The notes beneath the pieces are model-generated. The model did no database searches. It worked only from the letters and a program-made list of their open reading frames with translations, and was not told where the DNA came from. 64,000 nt of DNA, from the NCBI GenBank assembly GCA_051530055.1, contig CM121342.1, forward strand, positions 10,121,480 to 10,185,479. The letters are read 5' to 3'. This document shows positions 11,401-22,541 of the stretch, piece after piece (position 1 is the stretch's first letter; each line of letters starts with the position of its first letter). The translations under genes were made by a program, and so were the position numbers. The stretch is from Neoechinorhynchus agilis (taxonomy: Eukaryota > Animalia > Acanthocephala).

Positions 11401-13049
11401 GAAATATTGCTGAAGGAAGAATATTCACTGGTGAGCTCTGTCTCCTCGGAGAATATCTGAGGATCCGGAGGGATGCGTACAAACTCTTGGCCGTACGGTC
11501 GCGGGCATTAATTGGTTTTATGCGCTTCCCTGATCCAAGAAATCGGTGAGTTGTGTGTCAGAGGAAAATAATTAGCCATGGAAGGGAAGGACACTTCAAC
11601 GCTGAATAAAAAGTAACCGGCTAGCCAGATTAAAGATAAAAATATTTAAACAATTACCCAAGGTTTAAATCTGGGAGGGTTTGTACGTTCTGTAGTTGTG
11701 GCGAGGTTCCCTGTTTCCGAGTCAAAAGGTTCAAGATCCATTATCGCCGTTGACTCATAACCAAAGGAAACGAAATATTGCTGAAGGAAGAATATTCACT
11801 GGTGAGCTCTGTCTCCTCGGAGAATATCTGAGGATCCGGAGGGATGCGTACAAACTCTTGGCCGTATGGTCGCGGGCATTAATTGGTTTTATGCGCTTCC
11901 CTGATCCAAGAAATCGGTGAGTTGTGTGTCAGAGGAAAATAATTAGCCATGGAAGGGAAGGACACTTCAACGCTGAATAAAAAGTAACCGGCTAGCCAGA
12001 TTAAAGATAAAAATATTTAAACAATTACCCAAGGTTTAAATCTGGGAGGGTTTGTACGTTCTGTAGTTGTGGCGAGGTTCCCTGTTTCCGAGTCAAAAGG
12101 TTCAAGATCCATTATCGCCGTTGACTCATAACCAAAGGAAACGAAATATTGCTGAAGGAAGGAAATTCACTGGTGAGCTCTGTCTCCTCGGAGAATATCT
12201 GAGGATCCGGAGGGATGCGTACAAACTCTTGGCCGTATGGTCGCGGGCATTAATTGGTTTTATGCGCTTCCCTGATCCAAGAAATCGGTGAGTTGTGTGT
12301 CAGAGGAAAATAATTAGCCATGGAAGGGAAGGACACTTCAACACTGAATAAAAAGTAACCGGCTAGCCAGATTAAAGATAAAAATATTTAAACAATTACC
12401 TACGGTTTAAACCTGGGAGGGTTTGTACGTTCTGTAGTTGTGGCGAGGTTCCCTGTTTCCGAGTCAAAAGGTTCAAGATCCATTATCGCCGTTGACTCAT
12501 AACCAAAGGAAACGAAATATTGCTGAAGGAAGGAAATTCACTGGTGAGCTCTGTCTCCTCGGAGAATATCTGAGGATCCGGAGGGATGCGTACAAACTCT
12601 TGGCCGTATGGTCGCGGGCATTAAGTTGTTTTATGCGCTTCCCTGGTCCAAGATATCGGTGAGTTGTGTGTCAGAGGAAAATAATTCGCCATGGAAGGGA
12701 AGGACACTTGAACACGGAATAAAAAGTAACCGGCTGGCCAGATTAAAGATAAAAATATTTAAACAATTACCTAAGGTTTAAATCTGGGAGGGTTTGTACG
12801 TTCTGTAGTTTTGGCGAGGTTCCCTGTTTCCTGGTCAAAGGGTTCAAGATCCATTATCGCCGTTGACTCATAACGAAATGAAACGAAATATTGCTGAAAA
12901 AAGGAAATTCACTGGTGAGCTCTCTCTCCTCGGAGAATATCTGAGGATCCGGAGGGATGCGTACAAACTCTTGGCCGTATGGTCGCGGACATTAAGTGGT
13001 TTTATGCGCTTCTATGATCCAAGAAATCGGTGAGTTGTGTGTCAGAGGA
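8482..13049 (+). repeat. Tandem array of a structured-RNA element: 13 core copies, units of 371 bp (one 369) and 270 bp (three)
   Basis: Unit spacing from ORF-track starts 8662, 9031, 9301, 9672, 9942, 10212, 10583, 10954, 11325, 11696, 12067, 12438, plus a diverged last copy near 12809. Each core is closed by ggtttgtacg/cgtacaaact. Homologous to 27461-27843. Confidence 0.97.
8732..8800 (+). ncRNA. Degenerate hammerhead-like core in the array unit (first copy shown, repeated in all 13)
   Basis: AC-GAAA-tatt ... ttca-CTGGTGA-G ... aata-TC-tgag. Homologous to the intact core at 27646-27714 but with A6->G and a broken stem II (ggaaac/gctct). Confidence 0.45.
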
Positions 13050-14064
13050 GACTTCAAAAATAAAATTTTACTGAAAACGTAAATGTTAAGCTTTGCTACG
13101 ATAGTGGAAAATCAATCGCCTAATGTCATTATTTTCTCAGTAATATCATGATATTTTCTTATTTCCTGATAATCGCTCTGCAGTTACTTTATAGCCTGAA
13201 AACAATTTAATGAATATAGTCAATGGATCGATGGAGAAAGGTTGTAGTGTGTTTAAATTGTTGGATGTGCGCTTTTTAGGTCCTTTTCGTCTTAATCGTC
13301 TTCCTTGGACTTTGTTGCAAAAGCACTATCACTAATACGTTCTCGATTGAAGGCGGAGGTTGTGTTTAGAGTTATTAATGTTTTTTATGAGACGTTGTCG
13401 TAAAAGCTACATTTATTTGTTCAATGAATTTGCAGCGATCACTGAAGGAACTTGCGGATCTAAAATAACATTCTCGACAGCATTCCCGGTCGTGTCAATT
13501 ATCCGTCTTTCTACTTGGAATATTCGCTAAGATCTGTATTAATTATGGAAAATAACTTAATCAATGGTGATTGGAAAAAATCATAAAGTTTGGAAATTAC
13601 ATACCAAATTTTTGCTTCGCAATTCTATCATGCCAGTCATTATATTTTGTTTTCTTTTTCAAGCCTCTATAAAAATGGCGGCGGCGGACTTTAGAATCTT
13701 TATTTTCCCTCAAAAATCAAATTCGAGTTTCCTTAATTGCTAGAGAACTTAACATATCCACATAAAAATAAACTTTAATCACGGATTTTCTGGTTGGTGT
13801 TTTATTGGAAGTGAAGGATTGTTTGGGTAAGAAATTTCGTAACATGAACGTTCTCCAACTAGAAATTTTCCGTTTCTCGAGATTGTAATAATTGAATGGA
13901 AAGTGGCGGAGACTACACTTTATCTTATACTTCTTTTTCCCGTGAAAAACCTTTCTAACGCATTTTTAAAGGTGAAAGTTATGATTGAATGTAAACTCAC
14001 CCAAAATATTCTTTAACTAATGAATGTCTTGGATTATTATCTTCGGGGAAAAGCTATTTTTTTC

Positions 14065-14195
14065 TTAGTTTTTCCACTCCGGATCTAAGTTCACTAATTT
14101 GGCGATAAACAGCTTAATAACTTTAACTGATTATCCGACGTGAAATATCGGTAATAAATTAGTGAACTTTTGAATCCGAGGTGGCGAAACTATTA
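14065..14195. mobile_element. Palindromic MITE-like family 2 copy
   Basis: Arms ccactccggatctaagttcactaattt / aaattagtgaacttttgaatccgaggtgg match 18800-18930 and 21153-21340. Confidence 0.65.
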
Positions 14196-14757
14196 AAAGG
14201 ATGACTAATAAATGTTTAATATTTTCGATTTGGAACGATTGAACGTCCGACCTAAATTAATTTGAGGTGTGTCTAAAAGTTAACTTTCTTCACATAGCAC
14301 AATTTGCATTATATTTAGTACAGCTCCTCGACTACAATAATGATGTTGCAAATAATATTCTAAAGATATTATATTTTCATATTAAAGATTAACAAACACT
14401 TATTTGCTCAAAAAGCACGCTTATGAGCCAACGGCATAAAGAATTTAAAAATAAGGAGATGTTGTATTCAAAAATTTGTATAATGATTGGACATCACTGC
14501 GATTAACTTTTAACAAATCCAGAAATTTCCATGCCTCTTGTGCTTAAATTCCTAAACCTTGAGATATTAACCATATTCTTTATTTTGTCGCTCTCTGACG
14601 TTTAAATGATTTTCGCAAATGGTTAAGAAATTCCAACAATGCCTCCGAAAATGCGTATATTTTTGATGACTAACTCCTTTGAGTTTGATGAAACTCTTTT
14701 AAAACTACTTTCCTCGTTTCTGGTGAAAAAGCAGAAGTCTACTAACTCATTCTTCCT

Positions 14758-15947
14758 ATGTCCAAAAAAGGAAGGACTACACTTTTTATTGTGAATCCAA
14801 AATCCGGTAGTGGAACTGCTTTGTCTCTTATACAAAATGCAATTATATCAATTCAAAATGAGATCGATGGCCAATACGAGATAATAAAAACTCGTAAGTT
14901 CATATGATGAATTTCACGCTGGTTGCTACAAATCTTATAGAAAGGTCTAAACGCGGCGAAGAAGTAATTCGTGATATTGATATTTCTAATTTCTCAAAAA
15001 TTATCGTACTAGGCGGCGATGGTACTTTGCACGAAGTATTCCTAACATTATTTTCTTTGTTTTCTCAAAGACTTTTTGCGATAGGTGATTAACGGACTTA
15101 TACGTTCGCACAATGATCCTCCACCGCTTGGAGTCCTGCCATGTGGATGCGGAAATGGTCTTGCGTCGTCTATATTCTTCACATCTAAACGAAAGGCTCC
15201 TGATCAATCAAAAGAATTCGATTCGCTTTCGAATCGAAATCATTTGAACTAAAAATCTTTTTAAGCATATGACTGAAACTATTGCGAACGGAAACACAAT
15301 TCGAGTACCTTTGTTAAGAGTCGATGGCGCTAAAAATGAACATATCTTTTCATTTATGAGCATTACGTGGGGATTAATTGCCGATATTGATCGAGGAAGC
15401 GAACCGTTAAGGTTTCTATCCAGTTCTCGATTCGATATTGCAAGTATTCTCTATATAATCAGTAATTTCTTCACTTTTCATATCTCTAGCTCATTCTTTT
15501 TTCTTTTAAGACCGCAAATTGTACAAAGGAAGATTGTCTTTTTTACCTTACGATCAAAACGACAAAACGAAAGGGCGATCGATTACTATAGATGAGGAAA
15601 TCCCGTCTAATTGGCAAGTTATTGAACGAAATTTTATTGGGTTTATTGCTACTCTTATACCTTTGGTAACGACGAGTACATTCGCAGATCGGGATCCAAT
15701 TAATGAAGAAAGAGATTACATCCACCTTCAGTTCTTCACGGATGATATGACACGGTTAGAACTGTTGAGATTTTCTATTCTTATGAAGAGGGGAGAGCAT
15801 CTTTGCAATGAAAAGTATCGATCGCTGAAAACTAGAATCTTCCGCTTTGAATCAGATGAAGGACATTTGATGATTGACGGAGAATATTTCACCTCCAAGA
15901 AGGTCCAGGCCGAAATATCTGATCGAAAAATTCAAATCTTTGTTTGA
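14758..15947 (+). CDS. SPHK: Sphingosine kinase (DAGK catalytic domain family), multi-exon
   Basis: FIVNPKSGSG; IIVLGGDGTLHE|VINGL; PLGVLPCGCGNGLASS; FSFMSITWGLIADIDRGSE.LRF; YKGRLSFLP; GHLMIDGE. Confidence 0.9.
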
Positions 15948-16545
15948 TTCCATCATTATATAAAATTGCTAATAATTTTTTTTCTTAACCGCTGACTTCA
16001 ACCTTTATGGCTATTTTTTTATTTCGCGATCACAAGTCGTTTTTTCCGATCACGGATTATTATTTATTAAACAATACAATTTTACATTTCTAAAAAATAT
16101 GGATGAAATTGAAACTATTTTTTTCGAGCATACCAATCAGATATTTTTTGTAGAAAAACTTATCTTTTATAGGAGTTCAATTTAGTAATATTTACTCAAG
16201 TTTTCAAAAATTATTTTGCGATTAGAAGTCGTTTTTCTAATAACGGATTATTATTATTCTTGAATGTTCGCATTTTTGTTTACGAAAATATTACGAAGGT
16301 ATAAATTACTTTTCAACAAGCTAACATTTAATCAATTTTCTCGGACGCTTATGAATTCAATGAAATTCGGACACAGCCTGCAGAATATCTCTTATGCAAT
16401 AAATGGCTTTAAGCTTTTACCCTTAGTGCACCTTCGCACCTAAAATTCTATACATTTTGTTTATTTAGAAATCTCCGGTGTTACTTTGTAATATCGTTTA
16501 GGCTGTTCTCACTTTTTATCATGTGTACAATTGAATCCTGTTTGT

Positions 16546-16734
16546 TCATGGCGATTTTGGGAAGCACATTTGTTTGCTTATTTTTTTGAGGTGATTGTAA
16601 CGCGAAATTGGATTGCAAATGAATCGAACTTCTTCAAACGTGGTTTCCAAATTGTTTAAATTTGAATCGAATTCTTCAATGAAGGCGCGTTTTTTTTTAA
16701 TTTGGCTCTCGACTCGGGAAATTTCCTTTTTCAT
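16546..16734 (-). CDS. Coiled-coil exon, possibly SSNA1/NA14-like
   Basis: KEISRVESQIKKKRAFIEEFDSNLNNLETTFEEV resembles the SSNA1 segment [31 protein letters not shown] (recalled, not searched). Confidence 0.35.
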   Translation of the reverse strand: MKKEISRVESQIKKKRAFIEEFDSNLNNLETTFEEVRFICNPISRYNHLKKISKQMCFPKSP

Positions 16735-16969
16735 AGCCTCCTTGTCTAAAGTTACATGTTTTTATAGTAGAAATGATTTTTAACGTTTTGAATAAATCAA
16801 CTATAGGCCATAGATTTGAAATGCGCGCAAATTGTTTTGGCTAGGACTAATTGTTATTGATAAAAAATTTCATATTTTAAATTCGAGCACAATTTTTAGT
16901 GCTTACCTTTCTCATTAACAGACAAGGAAGCATCGAAGTTTGCCATTAAATTTCCTATTTACGTTTTTT

Positions 16970-17500
16970 TCAAGCACAAAATAAAGCAAGTTCGCACTTA
17001 CCAATATCGCTGGTGCCCTTTGAATACTTTTTGTGTGCCGTCAACTCCTTGACAGTGTCACTGAAACTCGCTGCAGTCTGGACAATTCCACCTAAAGAAT
17101 TGTTCGTGCTTCCGTTTGAATTAATGCCCAACGTTTTTGATTTATGAATACATTCAATGATCATTTGACGAAGCAGATCGTATCTCCTCCACGGCATTGA
17201 TAACTTGGACGCTTCATAGAGTATTCGCATCTCATTTATTATATCCTTTCGCTTCTTCCACCCAGGTTCAATGTTGGACAGTATTTCAAGTTTTGTTCTT
17301 AGTTCGTGCTTTAAATGAGTAGCAGACATGCTATCTCGGTCTGCAGGAATAGACGAAGATTTATGATGTTTTGCTTTGACAATCCAGTCAAGGTTCAAAC
17401 GGCGTTTGCTTTCCTTACTCATCCTGCTCATCGCTTTGATTAGATACTCTAAATAAATGCGAGTGCTATGAAGAGAAAGACCGTTTTTAATATGGAACAA
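16970..17500 (-). CDS. Hypothetical protein (176-aa ORF)
   Basis: ORF length in AT-rich sequence only; no recognisable motif. Confidence 0.35.
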   Translation of the reverse strand: MFHIKNGLSLHSTRIYLEYLIKAMSRMSKESKRRLNLDWIVKAKHHKSSSIPADRDSMSATHLKHELRTKLEILSNIEPGWKKRKDIINEMRILYEASKLSMPWRRYDLLRQMIIECIHKSKTLGINSNGSTNNSLGGIVQTAASFSDTVKELTAHKKYSKGTSDIGKCELALFCA

Positions 17501-18799
17501 CTATCCGATTGTTTCTCATGTGAAATGAAAGTCTTTTTCTACCTTTTGCGTTACACTTCTAGTGTCTTTTTAAAGCGTATCTTACGTGTGGAAAAAAGAA
17601 CACATTTAAAACATTGCGTTCGTTCAAGTGGCCCCTGTTTGCCCTAACGAAAGTTCATGGAGAAGTGTGATCTTAAAGCAACCGCAAGGTCATCTTAGTA
17701 AAATTGAGAATCAAAATATGCGATTCATAAACACTTTTAAGACAGCAAATCAGAATACTGTTACGGTGGGCAATTTTAAATGTGGTTTTTCTCTCGATCA
17801 AGGCCTATTTACGACGTTTTCAGTGATATCAGAAAATTGTTTTCAAAAATGGAAGATAGATTTTATGTCGCTTTTTATATAATTTAAATTTTTTTCATTG
17901 TTATTTAGGTCGCTTTTCGACACCCGAAAGAGAGATCATTAAAGACGAATCAGAGAGATCATAATATGCTTTGCAGATTTATTTCCGGCAATGAAAAACA
18001 AAAGATAAGATTGGATCATTGATAAACAAACCTTTAAAAATAAGCAATTTTCGCCCTATTCACAATATTTCGTCCACTTTTTTCCTAATCGGATATCGAA
18101 AAGATCTCATATGGAATTTAATAATCGATTTTTAAAGTAAATGAAATTAAGGTGCTGTCCGCGAAATGCACTCAACATTGACGACACAATTTAAAAAAGT
18201 CAAAATAAAGCTAATTAAAAAATTTAAACGTATTCTTGCACACTTTTCAAGTAGATCCATTCGATTTAAACGAATAAAAGTTGTATTCATTTTTTTGCTA
18301 AATTTTAAAAATATGGTCTAAAATACATTGCAAAATAATCTTTCCGACTAAGGTGCGTGTAACTTGTTGTATTTCACCTTGGCGTTTAATTTTTTGCACG
18401 TTTTATCCTTGCCAAGTCCAAGAACTTACATTTGTTGTCATTCAAATTTACCTGTCTACTAGCGGTGTTGATTATTGATAAACGAACCGTTTGGGGAAAT
18501 TCGTTGATACTTTGGTTATAAATTCGGTAACTTATCGACATTGATCATTAAAATACATAGACGGAAATACGAGATCTCATGCATCCGATCTAATTTTGTT
18601 CAGCAAAAAGACAATAAGCGATCACATGACAGCAGCTGGAGTCTGCGCTCCAGACGATGTGCTCACTTAGTACTTTATAAATTAGGATTTGCAAACCTAA
18701 GACTTTTCAATCGGTTTCGTAACCTTTTAATCCAACGGGAGATCCAGAAAACCTTTTGCATCCATCCTTTTATTGCACAGGTTGATGTGTTTTTCGGCC

Positions 18800-18930
18800 T
18801 TGCAACCCCGAGGGTCTAAATTCACTAATTTCGGATCATTCCGACATTTCCCAAAGTTTGTCATTGTTTAAGTGTTTTATTCGCACTTGGTGAACTTAAA
18901 TCCGGGATGGCAAAACTATCAAAAGAAAAT
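18800..18930. mobile_element. Palindromic MITE-like family 2 copy
   Basis: ttgcaacccc..ggtctaaattcactaatt / ggtgaacttaaatccgggatggcaaaac arms. Confidence 0.6.
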
Positions 18931-20858
18931 AAAAATTTAACGTCAATTCAACATTAGTTTTTATAAAATTTGGCAAAACAAGATTTTAGCGTACTCTTTA
19001 TTAGCGCAAATGGGTTTGTCTAAAAAGCAGATTCAAGGAAGTACTCGCAAATTCAACCGGTATTTATTAAATAAATAACAACAAAAATCGAGCGACAGAT
19101 TCAACCCAATCGACCCAAAATTTTTGAAATCTATACAAACATGATCCGTACGTTTCATAGGTCATTATAACATTCCGTTCATTGTATTGTTCCTCAGCTG
19201 TAAACCTGATAAAGCAGATATATGAACGGTCATCGGTCCTCGTGTTCAACAGTCGATCTCTATTTATGACCACTTGCTCAAGTAAAGAATTGAGACTATG
19301 GTCACCATTTATCCTTTTTCTGCATTGTAAATGACAAAAGTTTATCAACAGACAACAATGATCGGAATTTTCCCCGGATTCCGGCAATAATGGAGCGTAG
19401 TACACTTTTAATCCTCGTTCTGGTCTGTATTCATGATTACTATTGGCTTTTGAAGTCGTTGAAGGCCCAATAGAAACTGTCTGATCAAGTGAAAAAGTAC
19501 GCCAATTACAGTAGGAAGACGCTGAACACGAACAATGGGTTTCATTCATTTGTTTTATAAATTGAAGTGAGAATCGAACAACTGCCAGTATATATACGAA
19601 GGTGTTCAGTTCCTATGACGACCTTTCGACATTTCAGGCCTTTCAAGTTAAAAAGAAGAAGGAAATCGAGTATGATAAAGGCATTCCGCGAGATAAACGG
19701 TGAGTGATTATCAAAAAGAAATAGTTTACCTGTGTATACTCGCAAAGACCAATGAAATATTACCTTGCCAACTAGACCGAAACCTATTGTCAACACTTTT
19801 TGGAATTTTAATTTTCCATAACCTCAAAATGTACACATAATATTTTTTTATTTGAAGATTGAATTGTTCATGAAGTCATTTCTTTGCTGAATTCGATATT
19901 TTGGTGCACAATCTTGTAAACTTTTATCAAAGTTGTTTGCAGAGGAAAATACAAAAAATCTTGGGAATAAATTTCGTAGTGTTAGATTCCATTCAATCCA
20001 AGAGGTGTTAGTGTTTTAAGAACATGTTCTTTAAATAATTTTGCATTTTATACGCTTTTTTTAGCAACAATAGACGCTAATGACTATTCTAATGATTTTG
20101 GTTGCTGCAAATTGTCGTCCAGTTAGTCTCGATTTTCTTCAGCAATGGCGACAAATATAATTCTTTGGCATAAAACTTTTATAGCCTAAAGGCGAATAGC
20201 CGTCCATTCGCAAATTCGGATACACTTCGTGATACGTAGGAATTGCATCATAGACTTGCTTCATAGTTCGCTAAGTCACTCGGAAACAGCCGAAGTCAAG
20301 CTTACATTCGGTTCTGAGAGCGTTCGCAATAAATGTGATTTTGCGATCATTTTATGGTTCTTTTTTAAAAACTATTGGAAACATATTTAAGATCAATTGT
20401 GTGCTGGATTTACATATATTCGTTAGAGTGACTTTATCTGGAATTTCAACAATTATCCCCTCTTCGAAAATCAACAAGAGTAGTCTTATGTTAAAATGCA
20501 TTTTAACATTACTTTTTGTAGATTTAGAAGACTGCAAATGAAGAAAACTGTTTGACCATTGAATTCTTTACAGCTTACTTTTTATGTGATTTAAATCGGG
20601 CAAATGAAATGTAAATTTATTATATTTTATATCTTCACTAAGAAGTATGTAATGGATTTGATTTAATCATTGACAGAGAAATTCCACCGCGCTAATCAAA
20701 TTAGAATTGCTGTTAACATACTCATGGGCATGATAGATATATTTATTGATTTGAAATATTTCACTAGTCAAAAAATATAAAATTATTTGAAAAGTCATCA
20801 TAGAAATGAACTCGTTCAATTTCCCGGCTCGAAACTCCACTTATATTTGTTAATGGCA

Positions 20859-21007
20859 GAAAATTTGAAGTAATTTATTAGGTCCGATATTTGGGCTCAC
20901 AATCTTGTATGCCTTTATCAAGGTTGTTTTTTTCCAGAAAACAACCTTGATGAAGGCGCAATATTTTGCGCCGAAATATCGGACCTAATAAATTACTTCA
21001 AATTTTC
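20859..21007. mobile_element. Palindromic MITE-like family 1, full hairpin copy
   Basis: gaaaatttgaagtaatttattaggtccgatattt... / ...aaatatcggacctaataaattacttcaaattttc; inner arms atcaaggttgtttt / aaaacaaccttgat. Confidence 0.8.
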
Positions 21008-21152
21008 TTGCCAGCCGTAAGACGGCGAAAGCTCGAAAATAAAGATTTTCTTTATCACTACAAAAGTTCGTCCAAGTGTCAATTTAGAAATAAAAGTTGA
21101 TCAATCCTGCGGTTGTGCATAATTAAAAATTCAATCTTCAAACACTTTATTT

Positions 21153-21340
21153 ATACTTTCTTTTGGTAGTTTTGCCACCCCGGATTTAAGTTCGCTAATT
21201 TATTTCCAACATTTCACATCGGATAATTCCGACATTATCAACAGACCTTGGGAAAATGTCAGAATTATCCGAGAGGTCAAAGATCGGGGAAATGAATTAG
21301 TGAACTTAAATCCGGGGGCAAAATTACAAAAAGAAAGTAT
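21153..21340. mobile_element. Palindromic MITE-like family 2, full hairpin copy
   Basis: atactttctttt..ccccggatttaagttcgctaatt / aattagtgaacttaaatccggggg..aaaagaaagtat; inner arms cggataattccgacatt / aatgtcagaattatccg. Confidence 0.8.
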
Positions 21341-21879
21341 CTTTTCTCCGAAGATAATAATCCAAGACTCTATTTATAATTGTTTATTTCGCTCGAACAT
21401 AAGCCATTGTGGTTGCCTTGATATTTGATTGGACCAATGTTTTTCGAAAGCGAATAAAACGCAAAAATGTCTCATTACATCAAGAGGCGAAATGTAAGTA
21501 TTATCAAATCATGTCGTGAGAAGGGAACCAAATGAATTTCAGTTAATTTAACTATTTCTCGATTCAAACACGAGTCATGGAAAGCATCATAGCAATGCTT
21601 TCCTCCGATGTGTGACGAATCCACATTCTTGCACAAATGAGTTTATTTTAAAAACTCCGTCAACGAGGTTTTTAACTAACTATTTCCGTGCAACGTCCTC
21701 GAAATAAATTGAATTGCTTTCAGACATTTTTCTCGCGCAAATAAAAATCTTTATTTTCTTATCATTTTTCTGTAGTTCTTAAAGAATCGTTTTAACGTTT
21801 CACACGCATATTACAATTTTTCATACAAAAAGGGATGAAAAGGCACTTTTGACTATTTCATATTGTAAAAAGTTGTTTT

Positions 21880-22012
21880 TGTGATTATAAAAATAAAGAC
21901 TGATTTATTGATCTCAATATTCCATCCGTCTCATTTGCAAACAACCTGGAGAAGTCTGACGAGACGAACGAAATATTGATATCAATAAATCAGTCTTTAT
22001 TTTTGTAATCAC
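21880..22012. repeat. Inverted repeat, ~42-bp arms, 50-nt spacer
   Basis: gtgattataaaaataaagactgatttattgatctcaatatt pairs with aatattgatatcaataaatcagtctttatttttgtaatcac with few mismatches. Confidence 0.85.
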
Positions 22013-22541
22013 CAAAAAATACGCAATATCATTTGCCGTGTTAGGACCACATTTATTAGACTCCTGATGTGTGTGTTTTAATTTCGAAGAGTCGATTTCT
22101 TTAATGGAACTATTTGATCTATTTCTAATCAAAAACAGCAATATTTAATCCTTTATTCCAGATCGTAGATTTACACGCAATGAATATTGATGCTCTAACG
22201 AATCTTACAGGACGACTTTTTCCTTTTGGCACAATGAAATCCCAGCGTGATGTAATTAAAGTTCCTGAGCGCATTGTTCAAAATTATACGCAATATTTTG
22301 CGTGATGTCTAGCTATTACTATTTCTGCTTTCCTTCCATTATTTAGGTAAAGTGCGCGAGCAAAGAGACAAAAAAGCCCCTCCAGCAGCTACAAGAGTCA
22401 ATGGAGGTAAGTCGGATGATTGGAAGAGTTAGAAGGTTTTATCAAAAATAATTACTCATTTAAAAATATAGCAAAATAGTCGGTAAATCAACGAGAAGAA
22501 TACATCTTCCTGTATTTTTTGTCCTTATTTAGATTAAAGTG

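Noticed and set aside
8662-12662. Repeated 61-74 aa ORFs (MWRGSLFPSQ...) in the array
   Set aside because: They start at TTG, the last array copy and the solo homologue do not keep the frame, and the substitutions preserve base pairing rather than codons.
8482-13049. CRISPR array
   Set aside because: Eukaryotic context, whole units are repeated without unique spacers, and there are no cas genes.
19067-19796. Two overlapping minus-strand ORFs (and similarly the ORFs at 24.1-26.1 kb, 42.7 kb and 55.6-56.2 kb)
   Set aside because: Possibly real exons, but I could not recognise any motif or build a reliable gene model.
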